Of a stretch of DNA of 64,000 nt, positions 9,006 to 19,477 are shown one piece after another (the first letter of the stretch is position 1; each line of letters opens with the position of its first letter). Location of the stretch: assembly GCA_963555835.3 (NCBI GenBank), contig CAUVWZ020000001.1:825540-889539 (forward strand), read 5' to 3'. This DNA comes from Terriglobia bacterium. Lineage in GTDB: Bacteria > Acidobacteriota > Terriglobia > UBA7540 > JAPUME01. The notes beneath the pieces are model-generated. The model did not search any database and had not been told where the DNA came from. It saw nothing but the letters and a program-made list of their open reading frames with translations. Made by a program: the position numbers and the translations under genes.

Positions 9006-11417
9006 TTAATTTCTAAGTGATTTTCCGGTCTTCAGCATGTGTTGAATTCGCGCCTCTGTCCGGGGTTCCCCGCACAGGCTGAGGAAGGCTTCCCGCTCCA
9101 AATCCAGCAAATACTGCTCGTTTACCGCCTGTTTTCCGCTCAGCGGGCCGCCGGAGAGAATCCCGGCAAGCTTTGTTCCCACTACGACGTCGTATTCGGT
9201 AATGAACTCGGCCCGTCGCATCAGGTAAAGGCCCAGCTTGAGGGCCGAAAAGACGGGCTCGCCGAATACGGGAATATCCTCGGGCGGCCGAGGGGGCTGA
9301 TAGCCTCCCCGAACCAGAGCGAGCGCCTCTTGTTTCGCATCGGCGATCAGTCGGTCAGGATTCGGGCTGATGGAGTCATGGTCACGCAGGAACCCGAGTC
9401 GGCGGGCATCTTCCGCGCTGGTTGAAATCTTTCCCATTCCGATGGTCTCAAATACTTTCGTGATGTTCACCAGCGGATCTGAATCTATGGTGGCAGGCAG
9501 AGTCTCGATAGCCCGCAGAAGCATCTCCTTGGCGCCGCCCCCAGCGGGAATGAGCCCCACGCCGGTCTCGACCAACCCCATATAGCTCTCAGCCGCCGCG
9601 CGCACCCGGGCGGAATGGAGCGCGATTTCCACACCCCCTCCCAGGGTCAGCCCGAATGGGGCGCTGACCACCGGCTTCGCCGCGTACTTCAGCGACATCG
9701 CCGCCCCCTGGAACGCTCGCACCATCTCGTCAATCTCTTCCCACTCCTCCTCCTGGATGGCCAGCAGCACCAGCATGAGATTGGCGCCGGCAGAAAAGTT
9801 CGCCGCCTCGTTGCCGATGACCAGCGCGTCGAAATCCTCGGAGAGCCGCTTCATGCCGGCCTGGATCATCTCCATCGTATCGGCCCCGAGGGTGTTCATC
9901 TTGGAGTGAAATTCGAGGCATAATACGCCGTCCCCCAAATCCACCAGGCTGGCCCCGGCGTTCTTCTGAATACGCTTTCCGGCGGCGTGGAGCGAAGCAA
10001 GGAATACGACACCGGGTCTTTCCTCAAGGGCCTGGTATTGACCTCCTCCGAGGTCGAAGTAAGAGGTCTGGCCGCCACTTCGCCGGTAGAACGCCTTTTT
10101 TCCGCTCTTGAGGAGTCTTTCAACAAGGTGTGGAACAGGCTGGGACTGCTTCTCCCACTGGTCGGCCACTTTCTCCACGCCCACCGCGTCGAATAATTCA
10201 AACACCCCGCACTCCCAACCGTATCCCCAGCGCATGGCGCGGTCTACCGAGACCACGTCGTCGGAGATTTCCGGTATACGACTTGCCGCGTAGTGAAAGA
10301 CGTCGCCCAGCATCCTGCGATAAAACTCCCCGGTGCGGTCGCGTGAATGGAACAGTGTGCTGACTCTTTGGGGAGTGTTCTCGACATTTCGGGCCATTTC
10401 GAGCGACGGCAACTTGGGCTTCCGGCGCGGGCGGTATTCAAATGATTCGAGATCAAGAGTGAGAATCTCGCTCCCCTGAGCGCTCTTGACCTTCTTGTAG
10501 AATCCCGAACCGGTCTTATCTCCCAGCAGTTTCCGCTGGAGCATATCTTCCACAAACGAGGGAAACCGGAACGCCTCGCGCCGCTCGTCACTCGGGACCG
10601 CTTCGTAGAGATTCCTCCCCACCTGTAAAGCGAGGTCGAGTCCCACCAGGTCCAGCGTTCTGAAAGTGGCGGATTTCGGAAGTCCCATGGCCGGACCCGT
10701 AAGTGCGTCGATCTCCTCGATGGAATAACCCTCCCCTGCCATAACCCTGAGGATATTCCCGGTGACGAACGCCCCGATTCGGTTGGCGATAAAATTAGGA
10801 GTATCTTTGGCGACGACCACACCCTTCCCCAGGACCCGGTCACCGAAATCCGAGAGGGCTTCCACCACGTCGGGAAGCGTGTCCGGCGTGGGAATCAGCT
10901 CGAGGAGCCGCATGAATCGGGGAGGGTTGAAGAAGTGGGTTCCCAGCCAATGGCGCCGAAAATCGTCGTCCATGCCTTCGGCAAGGCTGGTGAGCGACAA
11001 CCCGGAGGTGTTGGAGCTGATGATGGTGCCCGGGGTCCTCAAGGGCGCTACTCGGCTGAGCAGGCTGCGCTTGATTTCCCTGTTCTCAGCCACGGCCTCA
11101 ATGACCCAGTCGCAGTCTTTGACCCAGTGCAGATGATCTTCAAAGTTTCCGACACGGATCCGTCGCGCCACATCGGGCACAAAGAATGCCCCGGGACGCG
11201 ACTTCAAGCCTGCCTCCACACCCTGGCGCGCGGGCCGGCTGCGAACCTGGGGGGATTCGAGCGCCAAACCTTTCCTGGCTTCGCGGGGAGAAAGCTCGGT
11301 GGGAACGACGTCCAACAAACAACAGGAAACGCCCGCGTTGGCCAGGTGCGCGGCGATGCGCGAGCCCATCGTTCCGGCGCCCAGCACCGCCGCATTTCGT
11401 ATCGAGCGTTTCATCAC
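9006..11417 (-). CDS. Bifunctional 3-hydroxyacyl-CoA dehydrogenase / enoyl-CoA hydratase (FadN-type order, HAD N-terminal and ECH C-terminal)
   Basis: 803-aa ORF. It has the N-terminal Rossmann motif AVLGAGTMGSRIA, a 3HCDH body and a C-terminal crotonase-like region (ANFSAGANL...GGGVEI). Confidence 0.85.
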   Translation of the reverse strand: MMKRSIRNAAVLGAGTMGSRIAAHLANAGVSCCLLDVVPTELSPREARKGLALESPQVRSRPARQGVEAGLKSRPGAFFVPDVARRIRVGNFEDHLHWVKDCDWVIEAVAENREIKRSLLSRVAPLRTPGTIISSNTSGLSLTSLAEGMDDDFRRHWLGTHFFNPPRFMRLLELIPTPDTLPDVVEALSDFGDRVLGKGVVVAKDTPNFIANRIGAFVTGNILRVMAGEGYSIEEIDALTGPAMGLPKSATFRTLDLVGLDLALQVGRNLYEAVPSDERREAFRFPSFVEDMLQRKLLGDKTGSGFYKKVKSAQGSEILTLDLESFEYRPRRKPKLPSLEMARNVENTPQRVSTLFHSRDRTGEFYRRMLGDVFHYAASRIPEISDDVVSVDRAMRWGYGWECGVFELFDAVGVEKVADQWEKQSQPVPHLVERLLKSGKKAFYRRSGGQTSYFDLGGGQYQALEERPGVVFLASLHAAGKRIQKNAGASLVDLGDGVLCLEFHSKMNTLGADTMEMIQAGMKRLSEDFDALVIGNEAANFSAGANLMLVLLAIQEEEWEEIDEMVRAFQGAAMSLKYAAKPVVSAPFGLTLGGGVEIALHSARVRAAAESYMGLVETGVGLIPAGGGAKEMLLRAIETLPATIDSDPLVNITKVFETIGMGKISTSAEDARRLGFLRDHDSISPNPDRLIADAKQEALALVRGGYQPPRPPEDIPVFGEPVFSALKLGLYLMRRAEFITEYDVVVGTKLAGILSGGPLSGKQAVNEQYLLDLEREAFLSLCGEPRTEARIQHMLKTGKSLRN

Positions 11418-11468
11418 ACCTCGAACGAACCTTTCAAGAGATACTTCCGGGAGGATTCTTCCGGCGGG

Positions 11469-13538
11469 TCAATTCCCCAGTTCCTCTGCCAGTGTCCCAG
11501 CGTCATAGATTTTCTGCAATGCCTCCACCACGGCCGGGGCGCTCACCGAGACGGCTCGAGCCTGGACGTCGGAAAAGGAAAACTCGTTCCCCAGCCCCTG
11601 GATATTCGAATCGAAAATAATCCCGACGACTTCCCCCTGGCGGCTGATGACGGGACTGCCGGAATTTCCGCCCGTAATATCGTTCGTGCTGACGAAATTG
11701 AAGGGTGTATTCAGGTTCAACTGCTCTTTCCGCTCGAGCCATCTCGCGGGAAGCTTCCAGGGGCGGAGGTTTCCATGCTCCGCGGCGCGGCGGTAGAGCC
11801 CCTCGAAGTTGGTGGCAATAGGAATCCTGCGGCCGACCTCCCGATAGCCCTTGACCGTGCCGTAGGTCACCCGCAAGGTGAACGTGGCGTCCGGGTACCC
11901 GGTTGTCCCATCCAGTTCCCGGATGGCCTGAAAAAGCTTGGTGGAGCCCTGACGTTTGAGTTCATCCGCTTCTTCGACGATCTTTCCGAGGTTGCGGGCG
12001 ATGGGGTCGACGGCCAAGGCCAGCTCAATCATCGGGTCCCGGCTGGCGCGGACCGCGCCGATTCCGCCCTGAGCCAGTTCTTTGCGATAGGCGACATCCT
12101 TCAGCCGGGTTCCCCGCACCAGCTCGTAGGCCTGTTCTCTGGGACTCTTACCGGCAAGCAACTGCTGGACCAGGTCGTCATCCGCCCCCAGAGTCTCCAC
12201 CAGGAGTGCCAGCGAATCCGAAAGCGTCGCCACCTCGAGGCTTTCGTAAATGGGTGCGGTTGAGAAAAGCACCTGCTCGAGCCTGGGAATACTCCGGTCG
12301 GTATACCCCTGGAGCCGTTCTGCATTCGGCTTTTCCCTCTCCGTTGTGAGCCGCACCAGCGTCCGCGCCATGTTAAACAGCTTGGAGTAGAATCCGTTGC
12401 CTCGTTCGAGCATCCTCCACTCGGTGTAGTTGAGGCTGCGGTCCAGCTCGGCGCTCGCAATGTCATCCCAGGCGCTGCCGTAGCGGGTATAGAGTTCCCG
12501 GCGGGCTTCCAGACGTTCTTGCAGATTCTCTTCCGCTTCTTCCTTGGCGCGCATAAATAGGGGGTCCTGTAACTTCTGAAGGAATCCCGTGTAGGCTTTC
12601 CGTGAGTTCTGGATGCTGAAAAGCTCCTTGTCGGCGATGCGTGCCTCTTCCGGGCCCTCGGTGCTGAACTGCTGCAGCGCAATCTCAAAGCGCCTCAGGA
12701 TGTTCAACAACTGCGGATAGGCCGTATCCCGCAGGAACTGCACCGTCGCCACCGTCTCCAACCGCTCCGTGCGACCCGGATGTCCGGTCACGAAAACCAG
12801 CTCATCTTCCCGAACCGCCGACCTCCGCCAGCGAAAAAACGCGCCCGGCTCGACCGGCTCTTCGTCCTCGTAGGCGCGGAAAAAAGCCACATCCAGAACA
12901 TAGCGGGGAAACTCGAAGTTATCCGGATCACCGCCGAAGCGCGCAATCCCCAGCTCGGGCATGAATACCAACCGGACATCCGTGTATCTTTCATAACAGT
13001 ACAGGTTGTATTGAGCGCCGTGCCACAACGTGACCATTTCACATTTGAGCCCCGTGCGGCTCGATTCCTCATTCTCGAGGGTGTTAATCGTGGCGCGGCG
13101 GGCGAGATTCGCCTCCTCCGTGCTCATCTGGGAGGTTACCGAGGCCATGACCTTTTCGGTTACCTCCTCGATGGTCTCCAAAATATTCAACTCCAGGTCA
13201 GGACACTTCTTTTCCTCGGCCCGGGTTGCGGCATAGAAACCGTCTTCCACGATGTTCGCTTCTTCGCTGCTCAACTTCTCCGCGCAATCCAACCCGATGT
13301 GATGATTGGTGAAAACCAGACCTTTCGACGAGACGAACGAACCCGACCCGTTCGGAAACCGTACGGATGCCTGCTGGATGAGCCGGCGCCAGTAAGGAGT
13401 GATGTTGAAGGAATAACGGCCTCGCAGAATCTCAACCGGCAGGCGATTGGGCAGGAACATGCCCTCCTCCGCCCACAACGTGACACCTCCGAGGAGGAGG
13501 AGCACGGACACAAGACTGAATTTCTTGATTCTCCCCAT
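11469..13538 (-). CDS. Peptidase S46 family (dipeptidyl-peptidase 7/11-like), secreted
   Basis: 689-aa ORF with a signal peptide then EGMFLPN..., FTNHHI (His) and GGNSGSPV (Ser), characteristic of S46. Confidence 0.85.
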   Translation of the reverse strand: MGRIKKFSLVSVLLLLGGVTLWAEEGMFLPNRLPVEILRGRYSFNITPYWRRLIQQASVRFPNGSGSFVSSKGLVFTNHHIGLDCAEKLSSEEANIVEDGFYAATRAEEKKCPDLELNILETIEEVTEKVMASVTSQMSTEEANLARRATINTLENEESSRTGLKCEMVTLWHGAQYNLYCYERYTDVRLVFMPELGIARFGGDPDNFEFPRYVLDVAFFRAYEDEEPVEPGAFFRWRRSAVREDELVFVTGHPGRTERLETVATVQFLRDTAYPQLLNILRRFEIALQQFSTEGPEEARIADKELFSIQNSRKAYTGFLQKLQDPLFMRAKEEAEENLQERLEARRELYTRYGSAWDDIASAELDRSLNYTEWRMLERGNGFYSKLFNMARTLVRLTTEREKPNAERLQGYTDRSIPRLEQVLFSTAPIYESLEVATLSDSLALLVETLGADDDLVQQLLAGKSPREQAYELVRGTRLKDVAYRKELAQGGIGAVRASRDPMIELALAVDPIARNLGKIVEEADELKRQGSTKLFQAIRELDGTTGYPDATFTLRVTYGTVKGYREVGRRIPIATNFEGLYRRAAEHGNLRPWKLPARWLERKEQLNLNTPFNFVSTNDITGGNSGSPVISRQGEVVGIIFDSNIQGLGNEFSFSDVQARAVSVSAPAVVEALQKIYDAGTLAEELGN

Positions 13539-13781
13539 TTGACAATCGCCTCCCTGTTATTGAGACATCCCTCGACGAAATGCCCTGCGAGGGGCACCCT
13601 CGACCGCCAATCCGGACCTGGGGGCCGATGCCGAGCTACTGGCTTGAATTTTGCTTGCTCTCGGAATGCTTTTGAAATTGTGGGCCGGACCTCTGGTCCG
13701 AGGGGCCGAGGGACCGTTCCGGCGTCGGTCAGTGGTCAGCGCCGAATGATTGATTCATTGAATGTTTGACACTCGACCCGG

Positions 13782-15710
13782 CTATTGTAGGTAGGAGGAA
13801 AGGAAGGTTGCCATCGCCTGGGGATAGCGAATCAACTCGCCGGTGATCTCAAGCTGTCGAAAGAGACTCTGCCGGTGCAACTCGTAGGCCAGGGACCGCT
13901 TGCGGGCCGACAGATCCTCTCTCAGTATCTCCCTCTGCTCATCCAGACCCGCTTCGTCCGCCGCCTGGCGCTTCACGACCTCAAACACCACCGTGTTGCC
14001 ACCCGCTTCAACCACCTTGCTGAACTCGCCTTCCTCAAGCGAAAAGGCCGATCCCAACGAGGCCGCCGAACCAAGGTCGTCCAGGTACTGGGTCCGTGCA
14101 AACAGGCTGCTCCGCGTCCACCTCAGCCGCAGGCTGCGGGCCGCTTTCTTGAAGTCGCCCACCTCGGCGGCCTGAGTGGCCAATTCCCCTGCTCTTTCCC
14201 TCGCTACCACTCCCGACTGCCCGGCACGATAGTCCTGCTCCACTCGCGCTCGGACCTGATCGAGCGTCGGCAAGTGTTCCTCCAACCGTTCGATCAACTG
14301 GACGATGACCCTGCCTTTCGGGACTGAAACGGCAGTCCCCACCTCGCCTTCCCGAAGACGGAACGCGAGGTCATGCACATTGTTTTCCGTGCCCAGGTCC
14401 GTCACGGCCTGCCCGTGCCGGAAAAGAGGAGTCTCGCGCACCCTCAGGTCCAATTCCGCCGCCACCTCCGAGAAGGCGGTCGGTCTGGCCCGCAGCGCCC
14501 TTTCCACCCGATTTGCCAGGGCTCCCAGGGCGGCATCCCGCTTCTGGCCCTCCAGGATGGGTCGCAGACGATCCTGCACCTGGTCAAAGGTTTCCAGGTG
14601 GGCCGTTTGCCTATCGGCTACTTTCAGGATGTGGAATCCGTAGGTAGTTTTGATCAGGTCACTGATCGTGTTCGGCTCCAGAGTAAAGGCCGCCCGCTCG
14701 AATTCCGAGACCGTCTGGCCGCGATAGACCCAGCCCAGGTCGCCGCCGACGGCCGCCGTAGCGTCCTCGGAATGCTCCTCGGCAAGCTTGGCAAACTCAG
14801 TGCCGGCGCGTGCTTGCTTGAGGACGTCGTTGGCTTTTTGCTCCGCCAGAGCCGCTTCCTCTTCCGATTGGCCCAGCGTGCGGAACAAAATATGGCTGAC
14901 CTGAGCCCGCGCCTGCACCCGAAACTCATCCAGGCGGCTCCGGTAATAGGCCCGAATATCTTCCTCGCTCACCTCGGCGTCGGCGCGAACACGGTCCGGA
15001 TCGATCAGGACGTAGCGCAGCCGCCGCTGTTCACGAACGCTATACTTCCCCTGGTTTGCCGCAAAGTAGGCTTCCAATTGCGCTGCTTCAATCTTGACCG
15101 CCTGCAGGTACCGGCTCGGATCAAACAGAACGTAATCGATCTGCACCTGGTCGCTGCGGCGATGGAACTCCTCCCGCACTTCGGCGTCGCTCACTTCCAG
15201 CCCGTCGCTCGCAACCCAGCGCAGCTTGTCAAGCAGGAGAGATTCACGCATTTGGGCTTCAAACTCGGCTACGGTCATCCGTGACGGCGATTGGATGATC
15301 AACTCGTAGCGATCCATGCCGACGAAGTTTCCTTCCGGATAGAGCCAGGGAAGGGTCCGCAAGTAGGCGGTTAATTCCTCGTTCGAAACGGTCAATCCAA
15401 GGCGGCGAGCTTCATCAATTCCCACGTAGCGGAAGAGCAATTCATCGAGAACCCTCGGTGCGAACTGCGCCCGTATGGCCGGTTCACGCCCGAGCGGGCT
15501 GCCGCGAAACTGCGCATCGAGTGCTCGCTGTAGGTGGAGCACCGTCACCTCTTCGCCCTTATATTCGGCCAGCGTCCCCAGTTGCGTCGGGCCCGTGGTG
15601 GCCGATGGCAGCGGTGCCAGGGAGATGACGAGAGCCGCGCTGATAAACACCAGTATGAAACCCAGGAAAAACTTCTTCAGGCTCTCTTTCCTTCGGAAAA
15701 GCTTAAGCAT
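13782..15710 (-). CDS. ppiD: Membrane-anchored periplasmic chaperone / parvulin-type peptidyl-prolyl isomerase (PpiD/SurA-like)
   Basis: ORF 13782..15761. Likely start is MLKLFRRKESLKKFFLGFILVFISAALVISLA (TM anchor). The parvulin domain reads VSHILF...GGDLGWV...YGFHILKV. Confidence 0.7.
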   Translation of the reverse strand: MLKLFRRKESLKKFFLGFILVFISAALVISLAPLPSATTGPTQLGTLAEYKGEEVTVLHLQRALDAQFRGSPLGREPAIRAQFAPRVLDELLFRYVGIDEARRLGLTVSNEELTAYLRTLPWLYPEGNFVGMDRYELIIQSPSRMTVAEFEAQMRESLLLDKLRWVASDGLEVSDAEVREEFHRRSDQVQIDYVLFDPSRYLQAVKIEAAQLEAYFAANQGKYSVREQRRLRYVLIDPDRVRADAEVSEEDIRAYYRSRLDEFRVQARAQVSHILFRTLGQSEEEAALAEQKANDVLKQARAGTEFAKLAEEHSEDATAAVGGDLGWVYRGQTVSEFERAAFTLEPNTISDLIKTTYGFHILKVADRQTAHLETFDQVQDRLRPILEGQKRDAALGALANRVERALRARPTAFSEVAAELDLRVRETPLFRHGQAVTDLGTENNVHDLAFRLREGEVGTAVSVPKGRVIVQLIERLEEHLPTLDQVRARVEQDYRAGQSGVVARERAGELATQAAEVGDFKKAARSLRLRWTRSSLFARTQYLDDLGSAASLGSAFSLEEGEFSKVVEAGGNTVVFEVVKRQAADEAGLDEQREILREDLSARKRSLAYELHRQSLFRQLEITGELIRYPQAMATFLSSYLQ

Positions 15711-15942
15711 AGATGTCCGCCATGTGGTTTCCATTATACGAAGCCCGGGGCCGGGCCGCAATAGGCCCCCGGGGAGAACATGGCATAACCCCGCTCTTCA
15801 ATGACATACACTCAGGCGCGCCTATCGGGCCTCCTGCCTTGTATTTTCACCGGGCGCCATTTATAATGCTTGGTTAAATCGTGAGTTAAGCGGTATTAAC
15901 TGGCCTGTTCCGGGCGACTGCAGAAAGGCAACCTCCACCATC

Positions 15943-16893
15943 GTGAACCAAGCACACGGAAAGGCTGTATTCGGAAACCAGCATTTTTCTCTTCCACTGA
16001 GAACCGCCCGTACATCCTGGCTGCTCTTCCTCATACCCTGTCTGCTCTTTCTCTCTCCCCCTGCCCGCGCGCAGGACGAGCCCGAGGAGCCCGATTACGC
16101 CTTCGTTGCCGGCGGACCCTACACGCAGCAGAAGAACTCTCTCCAGCTTATCGCGCCTGCGATGGTCGGTTGGCGTACCAGTGGGGCAGGCCTCAATCGC
16201 CGATTTTCCGACGCCATGTTGCGCATCGAATGGGGATTCACCCCGAACATAGAGTTGGACCTGGAAATCTCCGCCACGGGCCTGCGGGAGCGAACAGCGG
16301 GAACCACGCTGAGTTCCGATTTCGGCCTTTCGGATACGGTGCTGGGGGTCCGTTATCGTCTCCTGAACGAAGAAGACTCTCCGATTACCCTGGCCCTGGG
16401 CCCGCAGATCATCTTTCCGTCGGGAAACATTCTTCGGGGGACCGGATTTGACTCGTTTGGCTTCGCCTGGGACATCTCTGCCGCCAAGGATTGGGGAGGG
16501 CCGTTCTTCGTCTATACCTCCCTCAATTATGCGGTCATCCCTTCCGTATCCCTTCCAGGGCTCGCAGGCGATTTCACCCTGAACCAGCTCACACACGGCT
16601 CTGCGCTCGGCATCCGTGCCCTTGAGAAACCGAGCGGAGGGGCACATCACGACCTTCATGCCTTCCTCGAAGTGGGCATCGAACGAGGCGAGGAGGTCAC
16701 AGCCGCAGGGTTGGGAGCGATCAAGACCAGCTCCCTCGCGGCCATCTTCTCTCCCGGAATCCGCTATGGATTCCTTTCGGCGTCGAAGCAGCTCATTGAA
16801 ATCGGCGTTGCCTTTCCTATTGGCTTGAACGACAATGCTCCCCGGGCCTCAATCATCTTTCAGATTCAGTTCGAACAATTCCTGAATTTCTAG
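15943..16893 (+). CDS. Outer-membrane beta-barrel protein (MetA-pathway/transporter-like), function unknown
   Basis: 316-aa ORF with a signal peptide (LLFLIPCLLFLSPPARAQ), alternating beta-strand-like pattern and a C-terminal aromatic ending ...FEQFLNF typical of OMPs. Confidence 0.5.
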   Translation: MNQAHGKAVFGNQHFSLPLRTARTSWLLFLIPCLLFLSPPARAQDEPEEPDYAFVAGGPYTQQKNSLQLIAPAMVGWRTSGAGLNRRFSDAMLRIEWGFTPNIELDLEISATGLRERTAGTTLSSDFGLSDTVLGVRYRLLNEEDSPITLALGPQIIFPSGNILRGTGFDSFGFAWDISAAKDWGGPFFVYTSLNYAVIPSVSLPGLAGDFTLNQLTHGSALGIRALEKPSGGAHHDLHAFLEVGIERGEEVTAAGLGAIKTSSLAAIFSPGIRYGFLSASKQLIEIGVAFPIGLNDNAPRASIIFQIQFEQFLNF

Positions 16894-17013
16894 TGCCCGG
16901 CAGGCGCCCGAAATGCATCTAACCCACTTGAAAGCCGCTGCGAAGGTTGGGCGGTGGCGCTGTTGGGGAGCCATCGGAGTTGTGCTATAATTTCGGCGAG
17001 AGGCGTCATTTTC

Positions 17014-18603
17014 ATGGCAAACCAAAAGCGTGGATTGTGGATTTCATTCCTGACCGTGGCCCTGTGTGCGCTGCTCGGCGGTGTGTTCGGGAACCAGGTA
17101 GAAGCCCTGAGCCCCGATCGAGGGGATGATGATCTCCAGGAAACGCTGAATACGTTCACCAAAGTTTACAACGCCGTCGAAAAGAACTATTCCGACCCCG
17201 TCGACCCCGACCGTACCATCCTGCAAGGGGCGATCCCCAATATGCTGCGGACGCTCGACCCGCACTCCCAGTTTTTTGATGCCCGCACCTTTGCCAAGCT
17301 TCGGGAAGATCAGCGCGGGAAGTATCAAGGCCTGGGCATGACCATCGGCTCCCGGGACGGCAGGACGATGGTCATTGCGCCTTTTCCCGGTTCCCCGGCC
17401 AGCCGCGCCAGCCTGCGACCCGGCGACCTGATTATGGAAATCGATGGCAAGTCCACCGACGGGCTGACCGATATCGAGGTGGCGGACCGCTTGAAGGGAC
17501 CCAAGGGAAGCGTAGTCCGCGTGGGCGTGGCCCGCAAGGGGACTCCCGAGCAGCTGGAATTTACGATCACCCGCGCAGAGATTCCCCATTATAGCGTGAA
17601 GCTGGCCCGCGAAATTCAGCCCCACATCGGGTTTATTGAACTGGGGAGCTTCACCGAAACCACCGCCAGGGAAATCCGGCGTGCCCTCAAGCAATTCAAT
17701 GAGGACAGCCTCGAAGGGCTGATCTTCGACCTCCGCCGCAACAACGGCGGCCTGCTGAACCAAGCCGTGGCAGTCTCGGATCTTTTCCTTCGGAAAAACC
17801 AGCTTATCGTCTATCACCAGGGGCGCAATTCCAGCGCGATACGCTACCATGCCACCAAAGGCAACGGGGGACGCGAATATCCCATGGTCGTCCTGGTCAG
17901 CTGCATGACCGCCAGCGCGGCGGAGATCGTCGCCGGTGCGCTCCAGGACCACGACCGTGCCTTAATCGTCGGCGAGTCGAGTTTCGGAAAGGGCCTGGTG
18001 CAAACCGTTTATCCCCTCAGTGATGTCACGGGACTGGCTCTCACCACGGCCCGCTACTACACCCCCAGCGGCCGCCTGATCCAAAGGGATTATTCCAATG
18101 TCTCGCTTTACGACTATTTCGGGCACTGCCGAAACTTTACGCCTCCTCGCGATGAGGTGAAGTTCACCGACGGCGGCCGTCGGGTGTTCGGAGGCGGTGG
18201 CGTCAATCCGGACTTGAAGTTCGACGAGCCGGAACTCAATCAGTTTCAGACGCGACTGCTCCGCCTTTACCTCTTCCTCGACTTCGGGGAGCGGCTTCGG
18301 GCCACTCATGAGAATCTGGGACGGGATTTCGAGGTGACCGATTCAATCCTGGAAGAGTTCCGCGAGTTCCTGGTTTCGGAGGAATTCCCCTTTACTTCTG
18401 AAGATTGGGAGAAAGAGCAGGACTTTTTGAAAGTCCGCATCAAGCGGCAGTTGTTCAGTTCCCTTTACGGACCCGCGGAAGACGAATTTGTCAAAATTCA
18501 GAACGATCCCATGGTTCAGCGAGCACTGGAACTTCTTCCGGAAGCGAAGCAGTTGACCGCCGACCCGCAGAAGTTTGCGGCGCGCTGGAGCGAGTCGCCC
18601 TAG
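17014..18603 (+). CDS. Carboxy-terminal processing peptidase, S41 family with PDZ domain
   Basis: ORF 16954..18603. The start at ATG 17014 gives MANQKRGLWISFLTVALCAL. It has a PDZ block (GLGMTIG...PGSPASRASLRPGDLIMEIDG) and the catalytic region TASAAEIVAGALQDH...SFGKGLVQ. Confidence 0.85.
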   Translation: MANQKRGLWISFLTVALCALLGGVFGNQVEALSPDRGDDDLQETLNTFTKVYNAVEKNYSDPVDPDRTILQGAIPNMLRTLDPHSQFFDARTFAKLREDQRGKYQGLGMTIGSRDGRTMVIAPFPGSPASRASLRPGDLIMEIDGKSTDGLTDIEVADRLKGPKGSVVRVGVARKGTPEQLEFTITRAEIPHYSVKLAREIQPHIGFIELGSFTETTAREIRRALKQFNEDSLEGLIFDLRRNNGGLLNQAVAVSDLFLRKNQLIVYHQGRNSSAIRYHATKGNGGREYPMVVLVSCMTASAAEIVAGALQDHDRALIVGESSFGKGLVQTVYPLSDVTGLALTTARYYTPSGRLIQRDYSNVSLYDYFGHCRNFTPPRDEVKFTDGGRRVFGGGGVNPDLKFDEPELNQFQTRLLRLYLFLDFGERLRATHENLGRDFEVTDSILEEFREFLVSEEFPFTSEDWEKEQDFLKVRIKRQLFSSLYGPAEDEFVKIQNDPMVQRALELLPEAKQLTADPQKFAARWSESP

Positions 18604-18707
18604 TTTCTCCCCTGATTTCCTTACCACGGCAATCCAACCAAAGGATAAGTGTGTTCTTCGGGGAACCCCTTGCGGACTCGTTCGGGGGAATCCTGCCCAG
18701 GAAAAGG

Positions 18708-19427
18708 CTAGAGAGACCCCCGGGCGGGACGGAGCACAATCTCTTCCAAGCTGGCCCGTTGCGGTTGGGTGAGGGCCTCAACCACGGCGCGGGCGACGTC
18801 TTCCGGTTCAAGAATCCGGCCCTTGGGGACGCGGAGCCCGAGTTTTTGGATCATCTTCGTTCTCACGGGACCCGGGAGAATCGCCGTTACCCGAATGCCG
18901 AAGGGCCGCAGTTCCTCCGCCAGGACCCGGCTCAATCCCAGCGCCCCGAACTTCGAGGCGCAATAGGCCGAGCAATTCTCATAGGCCTCCCTGCCGGCGA
19001 CGGAAATGATGTTCAGGATGTGCCCGCCGCGCTTCCGCTTCAGCAGGGGCAGCGCCGCACGGGTACACAGGAAGGTTCCCGTAAGATTGGTATCGATATT
19101 GCTCCGCCAGTCCTCTAGCGTCGTTTTTTCGAAGGGTTTGTAGGTAAAAACACCGGCGTTGTTGATGAGAATATCGAGCCGACCGGAGCGCTTCTTGACG
19201 CGCGCGATGAGCCCGTAGACCTCGCGCTCTCGGGTAACGTCGGCTGAAAGGGCCTCGGCCCTGCCGCCTGCGGCGTTCCACGCTGCCGCAAGCTTCCGAA
19301 CAGCTTCCCGCCGCCTGGAAACCAGGAAGGTATGGGCGCCTTCGTCGAGGAGAGCGCGGGCGATCGCGCAGCCGATGCCCCGACTCGCACCCGTCACCAG
19401 GGCGACTTTGCCTTCCAACCTTCGCAT
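18708..19427 (-). CDS. Short-chain dehydrogenase/reductase (classical SDR); candidate pterin (sepiapterin-type) reductase by context
   Basis: Real start is MRRLEGKVALVTGASRGIGCAIA at 19427. It has the NNAG and YCASK catalytic motifs. The longer track ORF (to 19784) overlaps folE and is rejected. Confidence 0.8.
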   Translation of the reverse strand: MRRLEGKVALVTGASRGIGCAIARALLDEGAHTFLVSRRREAVRKLAAAWNAAGGRAEALSADVTREREVYGLIARVKKRSGRLDILINNAGVFTYKPFEKTTLEDWRSNIDTNLTGTFLCTRAALPLLKRKRGGHILNIISVAGREAYENCSAYCASKFGALGLSRVLAEELRPFGIRVTAILPGPVRTKMIQKLGLRVPKGRILEPEDVARAVVEALTQPQRASLEEIVLRPARGSL

Positions 19428-19477
19428 AAGCTGGCTCTCGGAATTTCTGAAAGGGTCTTTCTCTTTCCCGTTCCCGG

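Noticed and set aside
10935-12263. Long plus-strand ORF (442 aa) spanning the junction of the FadN-type and S46 peptidase genes. Similar long antisense ORFs lie at 2647..3816, 29668..30735, 44106..45266 and 52821..54179.
   Set aside because: Each lies antisense to a gene with strong family motifs and has Arg/Gly/Pro-rich low-complexity translations with no motifs. One even crosses an intergenic gap. These are typical shadow ORFs of high-GC DNA.
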